From Phoronis australis (Eukaryota; Animalia; Phoronida), in the NCBI GenBank assembly GCA_002633005.1, contig NMRA01000451.1, positions 306,808 through 370,807 on the forward strand: DNA of 64,000 bases. The letters are read 5' to 3'. Each line of letters starts with the position of its first letter. Position 1 is the first letter of the stretch. The notes beneath the pieces are model-generated. The model saw only the letters and a list, made by a program, of their open reading frames with translations. It had not been told where the DNA came from and ran no database searches. The position numbers and the translations under genes were made by a program. Below are positions 50,101-62,100 of this stretch, in pieces.

Positions 50101-53100
50101 GGTCCTTACTCAAAAGGAAGAAAAGGTGCTTCCACCTTCTGAACGGGGGACTCTTGGAGGGAAATGTTGGCATGACCAGTTATTCTAAGAAGTTTCCAAA
50201 TTGCAAATATTAACCCTAAATTTGGAGACAGAGTGATTTTCTTGAGGAAACGAATAACAAGAGCAACGCAGAGCGTTGAAATGCGCCCACAATTGCACTG
50301 CATACGGTATCCTTCTAGGGTTGTTTATTGGTACCATAAAGTGGCCAGTAGAGGGCATATATGTAGTATGTTGTACTTTGCAAAATGGAAAGGCATGGTC
50401 ATTGTCTCCTCAATAGGCTAGGGGCAAAATGTGAGGGATCTTCATAATACAAGCACATCCTATACATCAGTTGTTTAAAGCACCACAGAAACGTAAAATT
50501 TAAAAAAAATACCAACATACGAGATTAGCACAGCATTAGAATGCTAGAAACAAATTCCTACTTGGAACTTTTCCTTCATAGTCACGAAGTAACAAAAGTA
50601 TACACCTGAAGACCTATGAAAATACAGAGGTCAATGTAAAATACTAAAGTTGCCACTTGAGGCATACCGGTAGTCAGAATCATCCTAAAGTCGTCATCGT
50701 CCGTTGTCAACATCACATAAATACACTTGCTAAATTTAGTAAAGATGCTGCAAACGGTTTGGGAGATACAGCCATGGGCGCAAAAAAAACTGCCACTAGG
50801 AGGTGCCACAGTAATCAGTCATGGGAAATTCAGCGTCAACCGTCCTCTTCATAGTAAGAACATACATGCCAATTTTCACAATCATACTTATAGCGGTTTG
50901 GTTGATAGAGGGGTGGACGCCAAAAAAACTGACTCAAAAACAGTAAAAATGGCCACTAGGTGGCGCAAACTATGTCGAATCCATCTGAAAACGGCAGGAT
51001 AGCGTCATCTCACTAATAGGTGCCTACATACCAAATTTCATGAAAATCCGTTCAGGACTTTTGAAGATACAAAGGTAAGCGTAAAAAAATAAAATTGCCT
51101 CTAGGGGGCACACCGGTAGTCGGATCCGTCCAAAAGTTCGCACATGCCGTCCCATTCATGAATGGAACATATGTGCCAAATTTCATGAACATATGTCAAA
51201 GGGTTTTGGAGATAGAGCAGCGGACGCCGGACGGATGCCGCCCGTACGGATGGACGACGGAGATGACGGCATAATGCGTCCACATATAAATATGTGGGCG
51301 CATAAAAATGACACATTGCGCTGTCAAGTAAGTCTATTTACTTTTAGGGCCAAAACCGTATTCAAACGAACACCATTTGTGCATTGCCCAATTCTGCATC
51401 ATTACCTTCTCGGAAAAAAACATTTCCCTTATTTTTCTCTTCCATGGACAGCTCTGGGTTGATATACGCTAACCTTTCCTTGGCTTTCTTCAGTTTTTCA
51501 ATCTATAAGAGAAACATTCCAACAATTGCAAAATGGCTAACCAATAAAATAACATTCGCTTGTTTTCTGATGCTGTGTAAATTCTAAACTCAGTCTGAAT
51601 TCAGTTAGAGCAAATTCCCTTCACACTCAAAACATATACTTTTATAGATATTTGTAGAATCACTTGAAGCAGTAGTGGTTCTCATTAACAAAGATACTTG
51701 TAACAGTGTGTTGATGGCATCAGGCCCAGCCTGAATTACTAGGATAGTTCTGGTAAGTCAAATTCGTGCACAGTTATTAGGACAATATGTTGCAAAAAAG
51801 CATACTTAGGCTAAATTTGTGCGGTTATTACGGTATCATAATATGTTATAAAGAAGCCTTGCCTTAATTTGAGCAAGCTTAATGTCATGTCATCTTGAAT
51901 GAAACATTTGTCCAAGCTTGAATTTCCTTGCTCTGTCACTAATCATCATAAGATAAGCTTGAAAAAGATTGCTAGCAAGAAGGTAAATCAAGCTTGTTAA
52001 AAAAACCTTGAATAAGCTTGACTGTTGGTCAAGTCAACTTTTTAAGTTTGGAAAACCTTGTCTATTGGTAACCATTGGTATGCAAGCTTAAGTTTGCTGG
52101 CCAGGAACACAATTCAAGTTTATTATCTTTAATGATTACCATCACCAAGCAACACGTTTCTTACCAACTCGTGATCAAAATAAACACATCCCATGTCTTG
52201 TTTGTTTGCGACAATGTTGCCAGCACAGTAAACTAGCATATGCTAAAATAACAACTGTTGTCATGGGAACAACAAGATTATGCAAGCGTAGTGTGTAACC
52301 TTGAATAAGGAAGGCCAAGTTTGAATAATATCCAACTTTGATAAGGATGTGTACGACCACCGAAGATTGACGACTGTTTCAGCAGCAAAAAATCAGGTAT
52401 CGGACATACTGCTGGTGCTTACTGGCAAGCCAAAATTTATCAGGTGAAACTTGAATGTCTTAACATTCGCACACAAATAGAAAAACAAATAGACAAGACT
52501 TTCAAAGAAACATTCCAATGTACGGTGACTGTGCTGGCACGCCGCCTTAGGTGAATAGTGGGACAACTAGACCTGTCAACAATTGGTGGCTAAATAACCA
52601 CTGAAAGAATTCTTGAAATATCATCAAATAGTATAATTTAATTTCAAGGAGTCGATGGAATCAAGTTTCCTGACAACAAGTATTTTGTGACGTTACCATG
52701 CAGAGAAACACCGTGTTAATAAAGTGAAGCTCATGCTAAATTTAGAAGAAGTCATGCCGAATCTAGTAAAGCCCACACGGAATTTAGTCAAGTCCCATTA
52801 ATGTAGTGAAGCCCACACTGAATCTAGAAGTTACACTGAACCAAGTGAAGCCCACACTAAACCCAGTGAATCCCACACTGAACCTAGAGAAGCCTATCCT
52901 CAATCTAGTGAAGTTCACACTGAATCTAGTGAAACCCACAGTGAACCTATTGAAGCCCACAATGAATCTAGTAAAACCCACACTGAGCCAAGTGAAGCCC
53001 ATAGTGAATCTAGTGAAGCCCACATTGAACCAGGTGAAGGTCACACAGAATCTAGTGTTGCCCACACTGAACCTAGAGACGTCACACTAAACCTATTGAG

Positions 53101-56100
53101 GCCACACTGAATCCAGTAAAGCCACACTAAATTGAGCAAAGCCCAAACTGAATCTAGTGAAGTCACGCTAAATCTAGTGAAGCCCAAACTGAATCTAGCG
53201 AAGCTCACACTGAATCAAGTGGCACCTACACTGAACCTAGAGAATTCACCCTGAATCTAGTGAAGCTACGCTGAATCTAGAGAAGTCACATTGAATCTAC
53301 TGAAGCCCTCACTGAATCTAGTGAATCCTACATTGAAGCTAGTGAAGCCCACAGTCAATCTAGAGAAGTCACAGTGATCTAGTGAAGTCACACTGAACAA
53401 AGTGAAGCCCACGTTCAACTTTGTGAAGCCCACACTAAAGCTAGTGAAATCCACAACGAATCAGCAGACTACATTTTCTCGACATTTACCTCATGCACTT
53501 GTTTAACAACATCCGGATTCCTGTGTTCGGTTATTGACTTGTTGAAATAGACCAGTGCATTTTCCAAGTCATCCTGCTTTCTGTACGCATTACCCATCCG
53601 TGCAAACGCCCTGCAAATACATCACAACAGGACACGTAAAAGTGTGAAGAAACTGACAAGTCTCAGCAATCAACATTAGCCGTTGACAATGTTTTACAAT
53701 TCAGTATCTAACAACGCAGTGTCTCATTTCCTTGTTAATTTTTTCCAGTTCAACTCCAGTTCCTATGCACATGTCAATCAACAATCGAAGAGTCCTTTAG
53801 AAGAAACACTTCCAGTTGCCAATTACCATTATGGCTTCTTCCATGGGCATGAGATCTCAGTGTGGCCTTCTCAACCAGCTCCTCAAGCCAACACGTTTCG
53901 TGCACATAATGGAAATGACAGAGCACTGAGTGTAAATATTAAAGCAAACGTAATATCATTCAAATCACTTAAAAACACATAATCAAAAAGTGCATTGTGC
54001 CATGAAGAAAGCGACTATTCATGACACATGCATGGTCTCATACATGTGTTGATAAAAGCTTGATCAAGTCACATACAACACTGGTTATGTCTTTTAAACT
54101 GGGAAAATACGACTCACAGTCTCATAACTGTTGACAAAACCTTGATCTTGCCATATATAATATTGATCATTTATTGTAACTTGGGTATATACTATTTACG
54201 ACACATGCATGGTCTCACAACTGTGTTGATAAAAACTTGATCTAGTCCTATATAACACTAGTTTCACATGTCTTGTAACCCTAGCTACATACTTAGCAAT
54301 CAACTTGAAGTCAGCTCTGCTTTCACGGCCCACTGTGGCGGCTTGTTCACAAGTCTTGATACACTCCTCATAGTTACCCTCCTCAAAGTAAACAGCTGAA
54401 AAACAAACAGACAATATCAAAAAATTACAACTAGACCTGCCTGCATTAATGTTTGTAACTGTATACCTACAAAAGTACATTTCGTAACTATTTGTTTTTT
54501 AACTATTTGCCAAGAAGGACATATTTTGTAACTGCTTCAGCTCGTCTGCAAGGGTACATTTCTCCCATCGGAAATTGCCCTGGTTGACACTACAAGGCTG
54601 ATCCTGTTGAGATTGAGTCACTTGATGTCCATCACAGCTTATTGCAGCAAGGACAATGTTGTGATAGAAACCAATTGCTACCATAGCAGCAGCACTGGAC
54701 TCTTAGCTAAACGACAAGTCACATTAGGCGACCTGGCAAAAATCCCAGGTCGTCAAACCAAATCTAAGGTCAACAAAACTGAAAATCTCAAAAAAAAAAA
54801 AGGTCGACAACCGTTTAGTCACACACTCCTCCGATTTCGCCTGTAAATACCTAAGTGTAGGTGAAGGCGTATCTTCATTCTCTAGCTCAAGTCCTACCGC
54901 CAGCCAAAGAACGAATACATGGAATGGTGGCCGATCTTGCCCAATTTTTACCAAACAATTCATGTTTCAATCTGTTTACTTCCTGTTGCACTTTAACTGT
55001 GGTGGCAAATGGGTGACTTCATGGAATCAACGGAAGAATTGTAAATCAAAGGCAATAAATCTAGGAAAACTGTTACTAATTTAAAGTTTGGAAGTCAACA
55101 TGAACTTTGTAATGAATTTAGAAGGGAACTGTTGTCTGACAGTCACAGTGGTGACTATGTGGTGACTTGGAATTTTTCCCAGGTCGCTTAACACCACAGC
55201 AAGGACAAATTAAAGATAAAAAATAACTCCTGTCATAGCAAGGACAATTCTGAGATAGAATCAGTAAGGGGTTAATTTCATAAATTCTATGTACATGCCT
55301 GAAGAGAGGAAGAAAAGTCCTTTTTAAATGTGATCAAAAATACATGTTTGTAAGCCATTTTAGAAAAGTTAACAAAGACCTGCTGAAATCCTTAGATTTT
55401 TATCAGCTCAAATCAATTACTTTGTGAAACCGTTTCTATGAAGCCATAGAACAAAAAACACCTCGCTAATGTGCTGTCTCTCTTAAAATTAATTCCTTGC
55501 TTCCAATCAACTTCACCACAGTTTCAGCAATTCCCAATTGGTCAAGTAATTTCAGTAAACTCCCCACTGCTTTACAACACAATGCTGCCAAAATTTCAAC
55601 ACTTACCTTTTGAAATTACAATAAACATTCCTGAGCCAAAATCGAGTAATTTCATGTGGCGTGTTAACAAATTAAATTCATATAGCGTGCAACTTTAATT
55701 CATATAGGCGTATCTTAAATTCGCATAGCATGTAACTTAAATGTAACTATGCGCTTAACCTTTTATTTTACATATTGAAATAAAATTACAGAGCACAAAC
55801 AAAGGAAAACGGTGTATATAGCAAAGGTAAGTAGGAGTTGAGAGTACCTGCTTTATTGGTGTAGAATGTGATATTGTTAGGGGATAACTGAATAGCTTTG
55901 TCATAATGTTGGTGGGCTGTAGCAAAGTCCTTCTTCTTGTAAGCTGCGTTGCCCAACTCTTTCTCAGCTTGAGCCTGGAAAACAATATGTTGTTCAGTAA
56001 AAACGACAGATATGTCAGTAGTAGTCACTTAAGGGGGTCCTGCATTGTGAGAACCAGTTTTCTTTACAGCCATCAAGCTGGTTCTCAAAATCTGGGACCC

Positions 56101-58322
56101 CTGTTAGTGACTACAGCCCCTTTACACTGGAGACAGGAACTTTATCAACGATGCCTACAACATTACTCCCGATCCAGGCCTTCATGCAGTGTATGTCCTG
56201 GGCGTCCACGGCAAGGACGCCCAATGTATCCTTTGGACGTCCTGTCAATCAGAATTTCTCCAGTTTGGACACCCACATTGTAAGATTACTAAGACTCCCA
56301 GCTAATGAAAGAGAAGTTGGCCCTTAAATACACAGTGTATTTAAAACATTGCAACTATTTTCAAAGTATTTGGTAGACCTGTCACTCATCAGCATGTGTT
56401 TGGTTGCCAGAGTGTATGCTTTCAGTACACTCATGTGGCACTGCAATTCTGTACTTTATATAGGGACATGGACCTTGCTTAACTCCAAATTGGTGTTTCA
56501 GAGCTGTAATTTCATGTACTTCATCTTTTTTTTTGAAAACACCAAAAGCGAAATAAATGTCATTATTTTAATAATATGATGTGTCGCAAGAATATCCCCA
56601 TTTAAAATGTTTGAATTTTCGCCCGTTTCATGCTTTTCTATGTGCGTCTAAAATGGAGCAGCAGTGACACCTGTTGTCAAAATATAAACCACACATCATC
56701 TGTGCATTTTTCTTTTGTTGGTAACTGCAGNGGGGGGGTAATGCGTCGTTGGAATCATGGACGCCCTGGAATATTGGGAACCCCATTTTGGACCCCCTTT
56801 GTTCGAAATCCTGGATGAAGCCCTGTCCCGATCTAACTCAAAAGTTTTTTTGCCATTTTCCAGTCTACTTTTTTGCAAACTCAAAATAAGTATTGATTTA
56901 CGTGGATTACTGTCTAATTCTAGTTTGTACTAGATGACCCCAGCATTAAAGCTACAAGTTACACTGTGCTACGAAAGGTAGCACTGTCGAATGTTGTTTA
57001 ACATAGCTTCTCATTGGTTAGAGTAATGAAACCCACGTCACAACATTCAGTCATTCCCACTGGTTGAAACCCTTTTCAGTTTACTGTTTCCAAGTACGGC
57101 GACCACTTTTGACTTGAATAGTTGTAATTTTATTAAACCCGGCAGTGATAGAAGTAAACAAAATCAAGGGAACCCTGATCCAGTGACTTACGCCCAAACA
57201 AGTACAGAGGCATAAAGGTGAGTGCAAGTGATAGCAATGTGATCTGTATACTTTCGACCAAGGCATGCGCATTGATGCCACTCACGGAATTCCATGTATC
57301 GTTCATCATGTTTCTACAGGGCCACTTTTCAGTATAGGTGGCGCTGTATCAGAGGGTAACTATAAGTTGGAGTCTGAACTCGAGCTTCATACGCCGGAAG
57401 CTTTTCAGTGAGTCATGCCTGACGCTGATTAAAAGATCAAAGTCATCCTGTTACAATTACATTTTGGGCATAGAATGGCACTTAGGAGGCCGTTGATGTC
57501 TTTAATTCCTCTCAACTCGAACAAATATTCCCGTTATCAGACTTCTTCTTCGAGCAGTCCTTTGTTCAGTTTCCAAAATCGGAAACTCACCATTTTTAAC
57601 ACTGCACACGGCAGGTGATATGACAGCATATCCCCTGGCGTGTGCAGTGTAAAAACGGACAATTACCGATTTTGAGAACTGAATGTGGGACTGCTTGAAG
57701 AAAAAATTTGTTAACGGGAATATTTGTTAGAGTTGGGACGAATTAAAGACATTGACGGCCTCCTAAGCCTAAGGTGTTCCTCTGTGTATTCACAAAAGGT
57801 ATTTGAAACAAAATGACTTTGATATTTTAGTTAGTGTGAGGCATAATTTGCCGAAAACCTTCCATCATATGAAGCTCTATAGTAGCGCACCGTCGCTACT
57901 GAGCCAGTTAGAGACGGGGGTCAGTGTCTATGGTTGTTGCTATTTTTGAATGATTCTTTACTATTTAGATGGCAAAAATGAAAGATTGTCCCAATTTCGT
58001 GATGAAATCAATTTTTATTTTCGGCGTAAAGGGGTTTCAAAGTGACTACAATTGCAGTAGGGTTAGTTTCGATTCCGATGGTGACTCATGAGTCACGTTG
58101 CCACACCAAGTCACCAGGCATCACCGGCGTGTTACGGGTATGGCATCTAACAGAACACTGACTCCATTGCCTCACTCTGGCACCACAAACGTGGCCCCCA
58201 AATGAGTATTCCGTCATTTATCGTAAAAATAATGTGTACTTTTTCTAGAATTTTCACAAAAGCGGAAACTCAAGATAAATCTACCCCACATGGGTACTCA
58301 CTTGTTTTTCGACGTCGGCCAT
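47082..58322 (-). CDS. STIP1: Stress-induced phosphoprotein 1 (Hop/Sti1), short 321-aa form; exons 58322-58302, 55974-55848, 54395-54293, 53610-53490, 51502-51406, 49842-49681, 48062-47959, 47505-47348, 47154-47082
   Basis: [15 protein letters not shown] (TPR2A), [14 protein letters not shown] (TPR2B), [27 protein letters not shown] (DP2). Nine phase-consistent exons, 966 nt. Confidence 0.95.
47348..47505 (-). CDS. STIP1: STIP1 exon 8 (DP2)
   Basis: [52 protein letters not shown]. Confidence 0.95.
47959..48062 (-). CDS. STIP1: STIP1 exon 7
   Basis: [35 protein letters not shown]. Confidence 0.95.
49199..49380. repeat. 73-bp tandem repeat, about 2.5 copies
   Basis: Units start at 49199, 49272 and 49345. 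Confidence 0.85.
49681..49842 (-). CDS. STIP1: STIP1 exon 6 (TPR2B)
   Basis: [54 protein letters not shown]. Confidence 0.95.
50256..51308 (-). mobile_element. HINE/DINE-1-like element, copy 2, in STIP1 intron 5
   Basis: TTTTT-ATGCGCCCACATAT-TT-ATATGTGGACGCAT 5' end; GTGGGCGCAT-TT-CAACG(CTCTG)CGTTG-CTCTTGTT 3' end. Confidence 0.75.
51406..51502 (-). CDS. STIP1: STIP1 exon 5
   Basis: [32 protein letters not shown]. Confidence 0.95.
52720..53460. repeat. 21-bp minisatellite (AATCTAGTGAAGCCCACACTG)n, about 35 copies
   Basis: Clear 21-nt periodicity; accounts for the VKPTLNL / VGFTRFS pseudo-ORFs. Confidence 0.92.
53490..53610 (-). CDS. STIP1: STIP1 exon 4
   Basis: [40 protein letters not shown]. 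Confidence 0.95.
54023..54274. repeat. About 88-bp degenerate tandem repeat, 3 copies
   Basis: GACACATGCATGGTCTCA...GTTGATAAAA.CTTGATC at 54023 and 54200, with a decayed copy between. Confidence 0.7.
54293..54395 (-). CDS. STIP1: STIP1 exon 3
   Basis: [35 protein letters not shown]. Confidence 0.95.
55848..55974 (-). CDS. STIP1: STIP1 exon 2 (TPR2A)
   Basis: [42 protein letters not shown]. Confidence 0.95.
57382..57877. mobile_element. Foldback / palindromic MITE-like element in STIP1 intron 1
   Basis: About 240-bp imperfect inverted arms with a 4-nt loop (GATATG-acag-CATATC, 57617-57632). Confidence 0.8.
58242..58256. promoter_or_regulatory. Heat-shock element in STIP1 intron 1
   Basis: tTTCt-aGAAt-tTTCa, three perfect inverted nGAAn units. 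Confidence 0.65.
58302..58322 (-). CDS. STIP1: STIP1 exon 1 coding part (MADVEKQ)
   Basis: caagATGGCC start context, CAA|gtgagt donor, phase 0 joins the TPR2A exon; CpG-rich region with HSEs. Confidence 0.8.
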
Positions 58323-58325
58323 CTT

Positions 58326-58340
58326 GGAATCTTCGAGAAA
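58326..58340. promoter_or_regulatory. Heat-shock element immediately upstream of the STIP1 ATG
   Basis: gGAAt-cTTCg-aGAAa, three perfect units; STIP1 is an established HSF1 target. Confidence 0.7.
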
Positions 58341-58347
58341 TTCGTAA

Positions 58348-58362
58348 CAGCGCCCCCTGGAG
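58348..58362 (-). promoter_or_regulatory. CTCF-like motif in the STIP1 promoter
   Basis: CTCCAGGGGGCGCTG on the minus strand. Confidence 0.45.
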
Positions 58363-60340
58363 CGTAGTACACTAATTGGTGCAACTGCTGCACTGACCAC
58401 TCTGCAAAGACCGAGACCCTTTCCAACCAAGGAATAATGGTGTCACCACTCGCTCTCTTTTTTCTGTTGTTTAAAATTATATATCACTTATTGGGAAACT
58501 GACGCACAGGGCCCTAAAGCTAGTAGCAACTGCTGTTTAGTTCCTTAATTCCAGGTGAAATTATATGCCTTGCTTAAATATTTAGGGGCTCCAGCCCTTT
58601 GGATCGATGGGGGGCCCATTGACAGGTCCGTAGGAAGGTAAAAATTATTGGGGGGACAAAGGAGAAGGAGATTTTATTGCGAAATACTATCGGAAACTAA
58701 CACAATTAATCTTCCCAAGTTAATGAACAATGTGTTTAATTTCATTTAAAGACTTGTCTGTTTGATCTCCTCAGTGTTTGTGAATTTGAATCACTAAGCC
58801 AATAAACAATGCATTTGAATTGTGAGTATATTTCGGAACACCATGTATAACAGATTTCTTGTTGTGCAAGTTTTACTCATGAGCAGTAACACGCTATCAC
58901 TGGAATGAAGATGAAGAATTCAGTCACAACTTCTGAAGTTCTTGTGGGTCTGATGGGCATCAAACCCCTCCTCCCTCTCCCGGTTGCCCGTCAAGCATCT
59001 GTATGCGAACCTAAAATTTTCACTTTGAATTGCGGACCTGTAGAACTAGCCTTTTATATTTATGCTACTAAGAAGTGGCCCGGGCCCGCACGTGCTTCTT
59101 GTAAATTGCAAGTTGGTTTCTGAGTTAATGTATCTACGAAAATCGACAGGAAGATTTTTGGTAATTGGAAGCTAATCTTGTTAGAAATTGACTTTGATCC
59201 AATCTGAAATTCTACTTAATCTCCAGCATCAGACCCCCAGTCACATGGGCAACGCGTTGTGTATGCCAAATCTGAAATAACCGTTTAAAAAGTGGTGATG
59301 CGGTCTCATTTTCACCCAGAGTCTATTTGGTGAAATTTCCGAGTCAATGGTCTGCTTGACTACTCAATTCCGAGGTGATATCCCCTAAATCCTATCCTAA
59401 ACGCGTTAGTAACGTGATTAGATATAAAGCGCGATTTTTTGTTGTTGGTCAAAAAAGGTAACAAAGTTTCTGGTGGGGGATTGCACCCAAACACATTATA
59501 ANTGTGTGTGAAATTGGAGACGACAGGGCGGGGGATGGCGTGACGAAATTCGAGACAATGTAGGAGGTCAAAACTTTGACAACGTGGAATGATTTTGTGT
59601 CCCCCAATAATATATTCCTTCCTACCGGACGTGCCTCTTATACAGGTGACTTTTTTACGACCAACGAACCGAAATGAATGTGCATTTTCCGCATCCGATT
59701 GCCCCGGCACAAAAGGATTCACTGTGGGAGCTCGAAAAGGTTCGTTTTTCCAACAACAGAAAACTACAGCTGGAGGGTTTTCTAATAATGTCTAAGCGTT
59801 AAAAATTCCTTTACCAAAAGGTTTACGCTTTTGACAACACGGAGCATTTCTTGTGCTGTTTCGGGTTGACCTCAGTCGTGGATGTCAGTGAAATCTCCGA
59901 GTCACTGCTGTGCGTGAACTTGCCTGGAACGCTCAGACTACACTTCTTAACTTTAAGATCGCATAGGCCTATTCGTGAACTTGAAATTGAGTATTCATTG
60001 CGACAATGAGGTGTATTTTTTGTAATTATTGGCTTCATGATCACACATTTTCTCCTTTTCCGTAACTCAGTGTGACAGAATGAGAGGAATACGTGAATGT
60101 CAATTATTGTCATTTGGTAAAGGTTACAAATAATTGAAAAAGGATTGGTTAAAATTTATTGTTTTATTAACACGTATTTTTATTTAGTGCATTTTTTATC
60201 AACGCGAACGTGATTATTTGAATGAACTTGCCAAATTTCCTAATGCATTGCAAGTTGACGTAAACGCGATCTCGAGATTAAGCAGAATTCCAAGTTCACG
60301 CACAGCATCACCACCAGATGTCTCGCAAATATGAACATCA

Positions 60341-60490
60341 GCCTCCCGTTCAGTAACGCTAGGACCTCGCTACAAAGTAAGACTTCGTGAGATTACGTGA
60401 GATAGTATCGTGTATTCCAAACTAAATCACGTGACATATGCTAGATTTTAGCTAAGTCCTAGCGTAGGGCATAGCATTATTGAACGCACG
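60341..60490. mobile_element. MITE family B copy
   Basis: Near-identical to 39011-39161. Confidence 0.75.
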
Positions 60491-61914
60491 CCAGGTGTCG
60501 CTGCTTGTTAAGTGCATGTTTACAGAGGTGTGCCATTGTTTGTGGTCGTAAATTCCATGTTAATCTTCTGAATATGGACGGTTTAGGTAAGTCTTATAAA
60601 CCATTACGATATCTAAGAATTCTGAAGCGTAAGAGTGTGTTGCTTCAGGGCTTCTCTCACTCGTACCCAGTTGGTTTCAGTCTCACTCATCCTCTCAGTC
60701 TCACTCGCTCTCAGTCACTTTCCAGAGACAAGTAGAGGCAGAGGCAGTCAGTCAGAGACAGTCAAGTCAGTCAGTCACTGTTAGCTTGTCACCCAATCGT
60801 CTCATCATAAATCGTAGTTTATGGTCTTATGTGTTAAACACTCTCACTAAATATCAGTGCAAACTTTAACAACAACCAGAAGAAATTGCAAGCAAGGGGC
60901 AAGTGTGGGCAACCGTTTTACAATTTGTCCCAAGCCAAGGGCAGGGGCAAGACATGGGAGATGCGCAGTTCCCATGACCAACCAATGCAACAAGCTTGCC
61001 TTTCTATGACAGTATGTAGGCATTGTAGGTTAGGTCTGCATGGAGCATTCTTTCTTCCAGTAAAGTCTTTAAGTTTCAGTAGTAGCCAGATGGGTAGGTC
61101 CCTGGTTTAAAGGTGATTTGAGAACAAGTTACACCCACTGATATCGGAGACCAACATCTCCGACTATTACCCAAGTTTATGTCTTGGTTTAAAAGAAATC
61201 CATTATATGGTACTTGTCTGTCAATGCAGGTCAGGCTAGCAGCAATAATCGACATTTAGCATCAAACTTGTATTCATGCAACCCAGAGAGAAGTTTGAAA
61301 ACAAAAAAATATGAAGCTTGTCAATTAATAAATGTTAGACTTCTCTGATGTCTTTTCATCCTTTGTATTTACTATTGCCAAAATGTTGTAATTATTGAGG
61401 AATTTGTTAATTAAATATAGAGGGACATTTTCTGTTGTGATATGTCATTGTTGTTGATATGAAAAGAAATATCAGGTTAACCAGATGCTACTCTCACTCA
61501 GTGGGCCTAAATAAATGGCATTGAACCATCAGCCACATGCTATTTTCTTTTGTTCACCTTCCAAATTGTGATGGAACTGTCAAGTGCCTGAACTCTAGGT
61601 GATGAAATTCTCAGTTCATAAATGTTCTCAGATAGACAGGATGGCCCGTCAACCCTGTTCATGAGTCTGGGCTCAAACATAGAACAACCTGTTGGTTCTT
61701 CTCATACCCAGAAGTGTCAAGCTCACATCCAATTTTGTAATTGGTAAGCTGTCAAACCAGAAGTTTATGTTTGACCGATGGCAAGAACATTGGGACTATG
61801 CAATCTTGTATAGTTTTTGGCCGATGTTTAGTTGCAAACATGGTATTGTGCATAGGGCCTGGACTGTGTAGTTTTGGTGTAGTCTCAGGGATCAATCTCT
61901 GAGTTGGGACTGCT

Positions 61915-62100
61915 TTCCTCCAGCAACTTCCAACTCCCATGAGGCAGGCTGGTCCTGAGCAGTAGTCACTAACCTTCCTTCAGCAACTTCCAACCCCCAC
62001 TAGGCACGCTGGTCCCGAACAGTAGTCACTAACCTTCCTTCAGTAACTTCCAACCCCCACTAGAGGACCTGGTCCTGAGCCAGTAGTCACTAGTCTTCTT
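61915..62100. repeat. 60-bp tandem repeat, 3 copies
   Basis: CAG(C/T)AACTTCCAAC at 61921, 61981 and 62041. Confidence 0.85.

Noticed and set aside
52784-53454. Repetitive ORFs (VKPTLNL / VGFTRFS)
   Set aside because: Translations of an intronic 21-bp minisatellite
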